A stretch of 63,989 bases of DNA, the filler included, from Sandaracinaceae bacterium (GTDB lineage Bacteria; Myxococcota_A; Polyangia; Polyangiales; JADJQN01), in assembly GCA_947483975.1 (NCBI GenBank). It is 5 parts of 5 records of this genome, joined end to end, with 100 filler letters (N's around TTAATTAATTAA, not from the genome) between each part and the next. Parts side by side here need not be neighbours in the genome. Positions count along the whole stretch, not along the records: positions 1 to 13,156 come from CANKOL010000122.1; 4 more parts are not named here. One strand, written 5' to 3'. The notes under the pieces were generated by a model. That model had not been told where the DNA came from, did not search any database, and saw only the letters and a program-made list of their open reading frames with translations. The position numbers and the translations under genes were made by a program. The first letter of the stretch is position 1. The number at the start of each line of letters is the position of its first letter. Positions 1-10,900 of this stretch are shown piece after piece.

Positions 1-1
1 C

Positions 2-103
2 AGCGTCGGCGGGGGCGGCGGCTCGTTCAACGCCGGCGCGAACGCGGACGCCGCGCCGGGCGTGCAGGCGGGCCCTGGCCGCGTGATCGTTCAGCGGTTC
101 TGA
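2..103 (+). CDS. C-terminal fragment of a glycine-rich protein (5' end outside window)
   Basis: Reads SVGGGGGSFNAGANADAAPGVQAGPGRVIVQRF-stop (TGA 101-103); resembles the end of Gly-rich extracellular domains. Confidence 0.55.
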   Translation, partial: SVGGGGGSFNAGANADAAPGVQAGPGRVIVQRF

Positions 104-200
104 GCGGTTCTGAGCGGCCGTGAGCGGGCGGGGAAGGGCCCGCTCACGGCAAGGAGCCTGCAAACACGAAGCCCTCGCTCGACGGCAGGTGCCCGCAAAC

Positions 201-241
201 ACGAAGACCCCGCGCGCCAGCCAGCGTGCGGGGTCTTTCGT
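201..241. terminator. Probable bidirectional intrinsic terminator
   Basis: Inverted repeat ACGAAGACCCCGCGCGC...GCGTGCGGGGTCTTTCGT between convergent genes. Confidence 0.6.
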
Positions 242-286
242 CGTGGGGCGCTCGGCGCTCGAGCGCCCGGCTTCCGGCCGCCCGCG

Positions 287-1123
287 CTACACCGCGAGCT
301 GCTGCGGGCGCGTCGGGCGCGGCACGGCGAGGCGGCGCGTGGTCCAGACCTGGCGCGCCTTGGCGTACTGGCTCGGCGTGAACCCAAGGATGCGCCGGAA
401 CAGGCGCGTCAGATGGCTCGAGTCCGCAAAGCCCGCCTGCAGCGCGGTAGCGCCGCAGGGAACGCCGTCCGCGAGCAACTCCCGGGCCGCGGCGACGCGC
501 AGCTGCAGCAGGTAGGTGTGCGGCGGCACGCCTACCCAGGCGTGAAAGAGCCGCACGAGGTGCCCCTCGCTGACCCCCGCGAGGCCGGCGAGATGCCTCA
601 AATTCACTCGGTCGCTCGCGTGGTTCTGCAGGTAGCGGCGCGTGCGCAAGACCGCACCAGGCTCCGCGTGGCTCGACGCGCCTGCCGGTGCCGCGGCGAG
701 CGCCGCCCCGATCGTCGACAGCGCCGACCCGACGTCGCCGCAGCGATGCCCCGAGCGGGTCAACTCGGCGACGTTCCAGACCGCTCGCGCGAGCTCCGGC
801 TTGGTCGGCGGGGCGGGCGAGGCTCCGTTGGGGAGGCTCAGCGCGTCGGGCAGCCGGTCGAAACAGACGGTCGTGCGCCGGGTCGGAGCCGAGGCGCGCC
901 GCAGCACGACCTCGACCTCACCGGGCGCATAGACCGCGACGTGTCCGCTGCTCGCGGCCTCCAAGGAGCCGCGGTGCCAGAGCACCTCCTCGCCCTCCTC
1001 GAGCAGCGAGAGCGTCCAGCGATCGTGCAGGCGCGCCGGGCCCGCCGAGCTACCTCGTGTCGCCGTCACGACCTCCACGCCGCAGAGCGCGGCGGTCGTG
1101 TGAAGATCGACCTCCTCAGGCAT
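287..1123 (-). CDS. AraC family transcriptional regulator
   Basis: C-terminal double HTH (LAGLAGVSEGHLVRLF...GVPPHTYL...AGFADSSHLTRLFRRILGFTPSQY); start overlaps upstream stop. Confidence 0.92.
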   Translation of the reverse strand: MPEEVDLHTTAALCGVEVVTATRGSSAGPARLHDRWTLSLLEEGEEVLWHRGSLEAASSGHVAVYAPGEVEVVLRRASAPTRRTTVCFDRLPDALSLPNGASPAPPTKPELARAVWNVAELTRSGHRCGDVGSALSTIGAALAAAPAGASSHAEPGAVLRTRRYLQNHASDRVNLRHLAGLAGVSEGHLVRLFHAWVGVPPHTYLLQLRVAAARELLADGVPCGATALQAGFADSSHLTRLFRRILGFTPSQYAKARQVWTTRRLAVPRPTRPQQLAV

Positions 1124-1562
1124 GGCGTGTCGCTCCGCCGAGGGGCGGAGTCGCCGCCTCGGGTGCGAGCCGCTTCATCGCCGAGCGCCGCTTCAGCGCC
1201 TCCGCCAGCGCGCGGGCGAGCCGGGCGAGGTCGAGCGGCTTGGCGAGACAGCAATCCGCGCCGACGCTCGCGGCCTCTGCGGCAACCTCGGCCCGGCAGC
1301 TCGCCGTGACCACGATCACTGGGAGCTGCGCGTCGTGTTCGTGCAGCGCCCGCACGAGCTCGAGCCCGCTCATCTCCGGCATCTCCAGGTCGGTGATGAC
1401 CACATCCGGTCGCTGCGTCTTGGCGAGCTCCAGCGCTCCAGGCCCATCCGCGGCCGTCGTGACCTCCCAGCCGTCCCATCGCAGCAAGCGCGCGAGGCCG
1501 TTGCGGTGGCTGACGAGATCGTCGACCACCAGCACACGCCCGCACGTGACGTCCCGGCTCAC
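1116..1562 (-). CDS. Single-domain response regulator (receiver)
   Basis: VLVVDD, VVITDLEMPEMSGLE, VIVVT, LAKP motifs; GTG at 1562 overlaps the stop of the upstream small ORF (GTGA). Confidence 0.9.
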   Translation of the reverse strand: MSRDVTCGRVLVVDDLVSHRNGLARLLRWDGWEVTTAADGPGALELAKTQRPDVVITDLEMPEMSGLELVRALHEHDAQLPVIVVTASCRAEVAAEAASVGADCCLAKPLDLARLARALAEALKRRSAMKRLAPEAATPPLGGATRHA

Positions 1563-1792
1563 GCTGCCCCCGCTCTCTCGGCGAGTGGCTCGGCGGGATC
1601 GCGGCTCGCCACGGGGAGCTCGTAGACGACCGCCGCCGCGTATTGGTTCGCTGCGGCCAGCGACGCGAAGCGCACGTCGAGGATGCTGCCGTTCAGCGAG
1701 TGGACCGCCTGCCGGAACGTACTCAGGCGCTGGCGCAGATGGTCGTCGTCGCGCCCTTGCAGCTCGAACCGTCGGATCTCGAATACGCTCAT
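1559..1792 (-). CDS. Small hypothetical protein (77 aa)
   Basis: AGGAGG Shine-Dalgarno upstream of ATG; stop overlaps next start; globular composition unlike shadow ORFs. Confidence 0.7.
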   Translation of the reverse strand: MSVFEIRRFELQGRDDDHLRQRLSTFRQAVHSLNGSILDVRFASLAAANQYAAAVVYELPVASRDPAEPLAERAGAA

Positions 1793-1908
1793 GGGACACC
1801 CCTCCTGGTGGACGAGGTGTCAGCATCCGCTTTTGGTCCTCGGAGGGAATCCACACGATCGGGGGTTTGCGCCGCCGAGATCGGGGGGGGGACGAGGAAC
1901 GCAGGGAC

Positions 1909-2553
1909 TCAGTCCACGGACGTGAGACCCGCGCGGATCGCGAGCTTGGTGAGCTCGGCCACACTGTGCAGCCCGAGCTTCGCGCTGATCTGCTTGCGGT
2001 GCGTCTCGATCGTCGACGCAGCGACGTTCAACCGCGTCGCGGCCTCCTTCGAGGTCATGCCCTCGGCGATCAGCTGCAGCACCTCACGCTCGCGCGCGCT
2101 GAGCCCGCTCAGCGGGTCGACGGGCTGCGCGCTCGCGCCGCCGAGCAGCGCCTCCACGACGACCCCGGCGATCGTCGGGCCCACGTATTTCTCGTCGCGC
2201 GCGACGGCGCGGATGGCGCGGATCAGCTCCTCCGACGCGGAGTTCTTCAGCAGATAGCCCCACGCCCCCGCCTCGAACATCGCCTGCACGTAGCGCCGAT
2301 CGCCGTTCATCGAGAGGCCGATCACGCGGGTCCGCGGCAGCAGCGTGAGCAAGCGCCGCGTCGCCTCGATCCCGTTGAGCCCCGGCATGCTCACGTCCAT
2401 CAGGACGAGGTCCGGGCGCAGGCGCGGCGCCAGCTCGAGCGCGGACTGACCATCCGCCGCCTCACCGACGACGCAGAGGTCATCCTCTCGCTCGAGGAGG
2501 GCGCGGAGCCCTTGCCTCATCAGCTGGTGATCGTCGACGAGCAGGATGTTCAT
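1909..2553 (-). CDS. NarL/LuxR family DNA-binding response regulator
   Basis: ILLVDDHQLMRQGL, LVLMDVSMPGLNG, LSAREREVLQLIAEG...TIETHRKQISAKLG. Confidence 0.95.
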   Translation of the reverse strand: MNILLVDDHQLMRQGLRALLEREDDLCVVGEAADGQSALELAPRLRPDLVLMDVSMPGLNGIEATRRLLTLLPRTRVIGLSMNGDRRYVQAMFEAGAWGYLLKNSASEELIRAIRAVARDEKYVGPTIAGVVVEALLGGASAQPVDPLSGLSAREREVLQLIAEGMTSKEAATRLNVAASTIETHRKQISAKLGLHSVAELTKLAIRAGLTSVD

Positions 2554-4709
2554 CTCGGCCTTCGCGGTGGGAGGTTCGACTCGCGCGGTCGGAAAGGTAT
2601 GCGCAGAGTGACGTTCGTCCCGTGCCCCGGCCGCGAGGTGACGTCGAAGGTGCCCCCGAGGCGCGCGATCTGCTCTCGCACGCTGAAGAGCCCAAAGCCG
2701 TCGGTCGTCTCGTAGTCGCGCATCTTCGTCGGGTCGAAGCCCGCGCCTTCGTCCCTCACGGTCACCACGAGGTCGCTCCCGTCGCCGTGCAGCGTGACGG
2801 ACGCCGACTTCGTCTTGGCGTGCTTGACCACGTTGGCGAGGAGCTCGCGGATCGAGCGGAAGAGCAGCGCGGCCACCTCCTCATCGAGCGCCACGAGCGC
2901 GTCGTCGCACGCGAGCGAGACCTGCAGCTGATGGCGCGCCTCGAGCTGCTCGCCGAGCCAGCTGACGGCGGCGGCGAGGCCGAGATCATAGAGAATCGGG
3001 GGGCTCAGCTCGAACGTGAACGAGCGCGTGTCCTGGATCGCCTGGCGCACGAGCCGGAGCCCTTCGTCGAGGTCCGGGTGCGGGTTCGCGCCCGCCGCTG
3101 CGCGCGCCGTCGTGAGCCGCAGCTGCGCGAGCGCGAGCGCCTGACCGATGTTGTCGTGCAAGCCCGCGGCGATCCGCCGTCGCTCTCGCTCCTCGACGAG
3201 CGCCGCGTCGAAGGCCATCTGCTGCAGGCTCTGCTTGTGCTTGGCGACGCGCGCCGCTTGCTCCTGGCGCTCGGTGATGTCGTTGAGGAACGCGACGGTG
3301 AGGGGGCCATCGTCGCCCTCCATCGCGTTGAGCGTCAGCTGAATCGGGAAGACGGTGCCGTCCTTGCGGAGCGCCGACACCTCGCGCTCGGACATCACGC
3401 GCCCGTCGTCGCTCGCAGCGCGGAACGCCGCCCGGTGCGCAGGGTGCGCAGCGCGCACCGCCTCCGGCACGAGCGCCTCGACGGGCAGCCCGATGAACTC
3501 CTCCGCGGTGTAGCCGAACCACCGGATGGCCGTCGTGTTGGCGAAGGTGATCGTGCCGTCCTCACGCACGATGAAGATGGCCTCCGAGGCCGCCGCGAGC
3601 ATATCGCGCAGCGCCTTCTCGCTGCGGCGCACGAGCGCCTCGCTCTTCATGGCGTCCGTGACGTCCTCGAGCGCGAGCAAGAAGCGCCGCGTTCGCTCGA
3701 GCGCGCGCGCCATCGGACGCCCGGACAGCTTGATCGTGCGTGCTCCTCGCGGGGAGGCGCTCAGCTCGAGGCGGACGTCCTCGACGGCCTCCCCGAGCGT
3801 CAGCTGATCGAGCGCCGCGCTCAGCAGCGGGCTTCCCCAGGCGGGCCTGCCGAGCTCCTCGAAGCGCCGGCCCTCGACCTCCCTGCGCGTGAGGCTGAAC
3901 GCCTCGTAGAACGCGCGGTTCGCCGAGCGCACGCGGCGAGTCTCCTCGAGCACCACGAGCGGCACGTTGACCGTGTCGACGATGCACTCCGCGTAGTCGC
4001 GCGCCTCGGAGAGGAGCGTGTGACTCCGCTGCACGGCGTCCATGTTCACGATGCTGAGGACCGCGCCCGCGATGCTGCCTGACACGGTTTGATAGGGGCG
4101 CACCCCGAGCCTGTACCAGCGCCCCGCCTCGTCGGTGATCGTGTCCTCGCGCGGCACGAGGTTCTGGAGCACCTCGCGCACCGTCGCGACGAGGTCGGGC
4201 GCGTGCAGCCTCGACTTGACGTCGAAGATGGGGCGGCCCGCGTCGGTCGTGGCCAGGCTCAGCAAGCGCGCAGCCTCCGGCGTGAAGCGCCGGATCTTCA
4301 GCTCCAAGTCGACGAGCACGATCGCGACGCCGACGCTGTGCAGCACGTTGGTCAGGTCGTCGTTGATCCGGCGCGTCTCCGCGTTTCGATCGAGCAGGTC
4401 CGCGTTGGCGTCGCTGAGGGCCTCGTTCGACTCCCGCAGCTGACCTTGCGTCTCGCGCAGCGCCTCGTTGCTGTCTTGCAGCCTCGCGTTCTGCGCCGTC
4501 GTGTCCTCGCCAGCGGTGCGGAGCTCCTCGTTGCTCACCTCGAGCTGATGGATCGCCGCCTCGAGGTGCGCGCGAGTCGCCGTGAGCTCCTGACGCAGGG
4601 CGTCCTCTCGGAGAGAGGCTTCGCGTCTCGCGCGCGGCGCGTCCTCCGCGAGCGCGGTGAGATCGAGCGTGGGAGTTCCCGGCAAATCCGTCGCTGGTTG
4701 GTCGCTCAT
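2550..4709 (-). CDS. PAS-domain sensor histidine kinase (HisKA_3/NarX-like)
   Basis: ERERRRIAAGLHDNIGQ H-box, ELLANVVKHA, DEGAGFD, GFGLFSVRE; several PAS domains; N-terminal coiled coil; alternative start GTG 4739. Confidence 0.93.
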   Translation of the reverse strand: MSDQPATDLPGTPTLDLTALAEDAPRARREASLREDALRQELTATRAHLEAAIHQLEVSNEELRTAGEDTTAQNARLQDSNEALRETQGQLRESNEALSDANADLLDRNAETRRINDDLTNVLHSVGVAIVLVDLELKIRRFTPEAARLLSLATTDAGRPIFDVKSRLHAPDLVATVREVLQNLVPREDTITDEAGRWYRLGVRPYQTVSGSIAGAVLSIVNMDAVQRSHTLLSEARDYAECIVDTVNVPLVVLEETRRVRSANRAFYEAFSLTRREVEGRRFEELGRPAWGSPLLSAALDQLTLGEAVEDVRLELSASPRGARTIKLSGRPMARALERTRRFLLALEDVTDAMKSEALVRRSEKALRDMLAAASEAIFIVREDGTITFANTTAIRWFGYTAEEFIGLPVEALVPEAVRAAHPAHRAAFRAASDDGRVMSEREVSALRKDGTVFPIQLTLNAMEGDDGPLTVAFLNDITERQEQAARVAKHKQSLQQMAFDAALVEERERRRIAAGLHDNIGQALALAQLRLTTARAAAGANPHPDLDEGLRLVRQAIQDTRSFTFELSPPILYDLGLAAAVSWLGEQLEARHQLQVSLACDDALVALDEEVAALLFRSIRELLANVVKHAKTKSASVTLHGDGSDLVVTVRDEGAGFDPTKMRDYETTDGFGLFSVREQIARLGGTFDVTSRPGHGTNVTLRIPFRPRESNLPPRRPR

Positions 4710-4950
4710 CGCTGGTATCCCAAGGTCTCCCTGAGCCACTCCCGGACGGCGCCATGATGAAGCAAACGGACTTTGCCTGCGAGCGCTCGATCAACCGAGT
4801 GCGCGATTGAGTCCCGTTGATTTGGACGTTTTTGACCGTCCCCCGCGCGACGGAAACGGTCAGGAGCGTCCAACCGCCGAGGCGCGAGGTGCCTAACTCG
4901 AAGTTCGATGGCCCGCATCCCGCGCGGTCGTGTGCAAGGGGAGGATCGAG

Positions 4951-7900
4951 ATGTTCACCTTTCGAACGAGCAGGGCGCTCGTGGTTGCATCGCTCTTCAC
5001 CGCGCTCGCTGTCATGGGCTGTGGCAGCGAACGCGCGCTGATCGCGATACAGATCGACCCGCCGACCGGTGAGCTGCACGCCGGAGGCGGTGCGACGCTC
5101 CCGCTGACGGCGACCGGCGTCTACGACGACGGCACCCGCGGCATCGTCACGACGAAGGTGACCTGGACCTCGTCCAGCTCAGCCGTCGCGACGGTCACCT
5201 CAGCAGGCATCGTGCGCGCCGGCAACACCTCGGGCACGACGCGAATCGTCGCGACGAGCGGCGACGTGAAGTCGCCGGCTGCGACCATCGTCGTGCTCCC
5301 CTCGTCCGAGGTCGTCTCCGTCGAGGTCGCCCCCGCGAACGCGACGATTCCCTCCGGAACGCACCAGGTATTCACGGCCACGGCGCGCTATCTGGATGGG
5401 CGCAACGCGGACGTCACGCTCGACTCCGGTTGGTTCAGCTCCAACCCTGCCGTCGCGCTCGTCGGCGCTCGCGGCAACACGACGGCGGTCGCCCCGGGCA
5501 TGACGACCATCACCGCGGGCTTTGGCGGCCGCACGGGCACCGCCACGCTCAACGTCACGGACGCGACGCTCGTCGCGATCGACCTCGAGCCGGCGACGGC
5601 GACCTTGCCAGTCGGGGCTTGGCAGACGTTCACTGGGATGGGGCGCTACTCCGACGGCTCGGTGCACGACATCAGCAGCTCGCTCAGCTGGGCGAGCCTC
5701 GACGAGGATGTCGCGACCATCGGCTCGACGGGGCACGCCACGGGCGTGTCGGCCGGGACGACGACCATCACAGGCTGGCTCGGTGGGATCAGCGGCACGG
5801 CCACGCTCACGGTCACCAGCGCCACGCTCGTGCGGGTCGAGGTCGAGCCCGCGGCGCCGCCCGCCGTCGCGGTCGGTCGGACGTTCGCCTTCCACGCGAC
5901 GGGCGTCTACTCGGACGGCTCGGCGGTCGACCTCACCGCGAACCCGGGGCTCACCTGGACCAGCGATAACCCGGCGGTCGCGTCGATCTCGATCGCCGCT
6001 GCGACGGCGGGCGTCGCGACGGCGTTGTCGGTCGGCACCACGCACATCCTCGCTGTCTATGTGAACGGCGCGCACACGATGCAGGCCAGCCCCGTGACGT
6101 TCGCGGTCATGGACGCCGTGCTCGAGCAGATCGAGGTCACGCCCACCACGGCGACGCTCCCTGTCGGCTTCGAGCTGTCGTTCCGCGCGACGGGCCGCTA
6201 CTCGGACGGGCACGCCGACGACATCACGACGCTCGTGACGTGGTCGAGCGGGACCGTCGGCACCGCGACGATCTCCAACGCAGCGGGCGCCAAGGGCGTC
6301 TCGACGGCGATCGCGGCGGGCACGACGACCATCACCGCGACGCGAGACTCGATCACGGGCTCGAGCGTGCTCACGGTGAGCGCCGCGCGGCTCGTCTCGA
6401 TCTCCGTGTCTCCCCCGACGACCGACGTCGCCCTCGGCGGCGCCCGCCAGTTCACGGCGAGCGGCCGCTTCGACGACGGCTCGACGATGTCGCTGACGTC
6501 GCGGGCGACCTGGTCCGTGGCGCCCGGTGACCTCGGCCGCGGCGTCACCGTCTCGAACGCGACGGGCAGGCAGGGGCTCGCGACCGTCGCGGCGTCTGCG
6601 GTGCCGAGCGCGACCCCGGTGACGCTGTACGCGACCCTCGGCTCGGTCAGCGGCATCGCGCAGCTGATCGTCGTCGGCCCGCGCACGCTCATCGGGATCG
6701 TGATCGACGTCGACCAGCCGTTCATCCCCGTCGGGCTGACCGCGCAGGCGACTGCGCACGGGATCTACTCCGACGGAGTGCACTCGCCCGAGGTCGTGGA
6801 GATCACGCAGTACGTCACTTGGTCGCCGCTGATCGGCGGCATCGTGACCGTGTCCAACTCGGCCGGCACGAAGGGCAGAATCGCGGCCATCGCGCGCGGT
6901 CGCGACAAGATCAACGCGTGTCTCGGCGCGGTCTGCGCGGATGACCCGGGTGGCGTCGGCTCGGCCGCCGAGGTCGAGGTCACCGACTGCGCCTTCACGT
7001 CGCTCGAGATCTACCCGAACAGCACCGTCGATCGGCAGATTCCGCGCGGCACCTCACGGCAATATCGCGTGTACGGGGTGTTCGGAGAGTGCGGGCTCAC
7101 GGCGCGTCGCCGGGGCTTCGAGCTCACCGAACTCGCGACGTGGAACTCCTCCAATCGTGCGGTCTTCACCGTGAGCAACGCGCTCGGCAGCCGCGGCTTC
7201 GTGTCGGCGATGGCGGCTCCGCCGTCGCTCGAGGCGGACCTCACTGCGATGTACGAGGACCTCAGCGCGACCCTCGGGCTCTCGGTGATCGACGCCTGTG
7301 TGGACGTGCTGACCGTCAGCCCGGTCGCGGTGACGCTGCCGAGCGGCGTGCGCTTCCAGTTTTCGGCGACCGCGCGGCTCACCGACGGGCGCAGCATCGG
7401 CTACACGGACTCTGCTAGCTGGTCCGACGAGGAAGGCCGCTACGTCGGCGTCATCGGCCCCGGTCAGGTGCAGACGTACCTCTTCGGCGGCGCGGAGCTC
7501 ATCACCGCGACGGCGCTCGCGTCGCCGGGCTGCCCGACGCGCACGGGGACCGCGACGGTGACCGTGAGCGACGCGCGGCTCACCTCCATCGACGTGCAGC
7601 CGACGCCGGTGGACGTGCCGGTCGGCGGCAGCACGCAGCTCACGGCGACGGGTTCCTACACCGATGGGTCGACGCACGACCTCACGGACCTCACCAGCTG
7701 GACGTCGGCGAACAACGCGGTGGCCACCGTCTCCGGCGGTGAGGTCTTCGGCGTCGCCGCGGGCAGCGTCGTCATCCTCGCGACGCAGGGGACCGTGTCG
7801 GGCACGGCGACGGTCAGCGTCGGCGGGCGCGCGGTCGAGTCGATCGAGGTCGTACCCGACGAGAGCTTCGAGTGCGGCACCTTCGGCGACGCGTACGGCA

Positions 7901-10900
7901 CCGGCACCGCGATGCCCTTCCGCGCGTTCGCCTACTACACGGACGGCAGCAGGCCGGACGACGTCACCGCGCTCGCGACGTGGGGCTCGTCGGTCTCGAC
8001 GATCGTGTCGGTGACTGACGGTCTCGCGCAGATGATGTCGCCCGGCACCGCGAACGTCACCGCGACCTTCGGCGGTCAGACGGGCCTGCGCCGCGTCGAC
8101 GTCGTCGCCGCGACCCTCCGCTCGATCGACGTGCGGCCGACGCCGTTCCGGCTCCCCACCGAGGCCACGCGGCAGTTCCGCGCGTTCGGCTACTACAACG
8201 CGACGGGCTTCCCGTCCTCCGAGCGCTGCGAGATCTCGTCCATCGTGACGTGGGCCGCGCTGCCCGTCCTCAGCCTGACCATCGACGGCAACGGTCTCGC
8301 GACCACGAGCGCCATGCCGAGCCTCTCGGCGACCGTCACGGCGACCCGCGGCGCGACCGTCGGTATCGCGCGCGGTGTCGTCGTCGGCACCTGCGTCGAG
8401 AGCATCAACATCCGCCCGATCGCCGCGAGCGTGCCCCTCGGCGTGACTCAGCAGTTCCTCGCGGACGCGGTCCTCTCGGACGGCAGCACGTTCGACATCA
8501 CCGACGAGCACTCGACCGCTTGGTCCACCGCGAGCTCGACCATCGCGACGATCAACAGTCGGGGCCTCGCGACGCCGCGCGGCGCGGGCACCACGACCGT
8601 GACCGCGGTCTACTCCGTGGGCTCCGCCTCGTGCGCCGCCGCGGGCGCTCCGCTCTCGGCGACTGCCACTCTCGAGGTCAGCCCCGCGGCGCTCGAGTCC
8701 ATCGACGTCGTCTGCGCGGTCGACCAGTGGGGGACCGCCGGTGAAGGCATCCCCGCGGGCATTCAGACTCAGTGTCACGCGTATGGCTTCTACGCGGGCT
8801 CCGGTCCGATGTTGTCGCCAGCGCACCACCCCATCGACCTGACCGACTCGGTCACTTGGTCGAGCACCCTGCCGGCGATCGCGAGCATCAGCGACGCGGT
8901 CGGCAGCAAGGGCCGCGTCCTCGGGCGCACTCCTGGCATGACCACGATGAACGCCACGTTCGGCGGCATCACGAGCGGGCTGCCCTTCCACGTCCTCGGC
9001 GCGACGCTCGCGCATGTCGACGTCGAGCCGCACTACATGAGCCTGCCCGTCGGCTTCACCGAGCAGTACGGAGCGCGCGGCCGCTACACGCTCGGCTCCT
9101 CGAGCCACTCCTACGAGATCACGGAGCTCGCGAGCTGGTCCTCGAGCGCGCCGACCAAGGCGACCGTCAGCGACGCGCCCGGGACTCGCGGCGAAGCGCT
9201 GACCGTCGCCGTCACCACGACGCCGGTCTCCATCCGGGCCACCTATCAGACCGTGACGGGGGCCGCGTCGCTCAGCGTGAACGACGCCACGCTGCGGAGC
9301 ATCGAGGTCAGCGCGCGCTTGCGCTCGCTGCCCATCGGCCTGACTCAGCAGTACACCGCCATCGGCATCTACCGCGACGGCGCCGGACCGTTCTGGCGCG
9401 ACATCACTGACGCAGTCACGTGGGGCACCACGAACCCCGCGATCGCCGAGATCACGCCGGAGGGCGTCGCCACGGCGGCCTCCGTTGGGCTCGTCGCGAT
9501 CACGGCGGAGCTCGGCACCTCGAGCGGTAGTCTCCCGCTCCTCGTCGAGGACAAGTGCATCACGTCCCTCGAGCTCCTGCCCTCGGCAGCCACGGTCCCG
9601 GCGAACGTTCCCCTCGGCTTCCAGGTCATCGCGCACTACTCCACGGGCAACCCGGTCGCCATCACGAACACCGCGCACTTCCGCTCGAGCGACCCCGCGC
9701 GGATGCTCGCGCCCGACGCCGAGGGGTGGACTCGCTCCGCTCGCGGCGCCACTCCCGGAACGGTCACGCTCAGCGCGTGGAGCTCGACCAGCATGTGCGC
9801 CGGCGTCGACGGCGCGCAGGCCGTCGTGACCATCACCGGGGCGACCCTGAACACGATCGTCCTCACCTCGCAGGACGGCCTGACCGTGCCTGTCGGCCTC
9901 ACTCGGCAGCTCCGCGCCAATGGCTATTACAGCGATGGCTCGAGCTACGACATCACGCGCGCCGTGGACTCCTGGATCACGGGCAGTCCCCTGATCGCGT
10001 CGGTCTCGAGCGCGCCCCCGACGCAGGGCCTGCTGACGGCTCTCAGCGTCGGAGCGACTCCGGTCGTCGCGACGCAGGGGACCGTCTCGGGGACCGCGAT
10101 GGTGACCGTCGGGCTCGCGACGCTCACGCGCCTCGAGGCCCAAGGGCTCCGCACGCTCGACGGCTGCAACTCTCCGATGGAGACGGGCAGCTGGACGGCC
10201 GCGGCGTTCGCTCATCCCGCGGGCGGCTACCAGACCCGCGTGCGCGCCATCGGCTACCTCAGCGATGGCAACACCGTCGACCTGACGGAGCACGTCACGT
10301 GGAGCGTCTCGCTCCCTGACCGCGCGAGCGTCAGCAACGCACCGGAAAACCAGGGCGCAGTCCTCACCGGCGCCGCGGGCGCCGTGGAACTGATCGCGAC
10401 CGCCGACAACGACCTGAGCGACTCCATCACGCTCAACTCGGCTGCCGGAGTCCTCGACCGTCTCGAGCTCCAGCGCGGCGGCTTCGACCCCATCGTGCTC
10501 GCGCTCGGGAACTCGGCGAGTCTCACGCTGCAAGGGCGCTTTGGCGGCACGTACTACTGCGTGACGGAAGACGCGCTCTACAGCTCGGGCGAGCCGAACG
10601 TCGCCTCGGTCAGCAACGTGGACGGGCTTCACGGCGTCGTGCAGTCGCTCGCCGTCGGCACCTCGTTCGCGACGGCGAGCATTGGGCTCGTCAACGACAC
10701 GATCCTCATCACGGTTGGCAACCCGACGCTGTCCTACGTTGCCGTGGTGCCGGGGGCGGTCACCATGCGCGTCGGCGCGACTTCGCAGCTTCACGCGGAG
10801 GCTCACTACAGTGACGGCACGGTGAACGACGTCACGTACAACACCGGCACCAGTTGGACGTCGAGCAACCTCGGCGTCGCCGAGGTCGGCGCCGGAGCGA

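Noticed and set aside
4908..4924. Sigma54 -24/-12 promoter for the Ig-repeat gene
   Set aside because: Only GG-N10-GC spacing with a poor match to the TTGC box; not significant in GC-rich DNA
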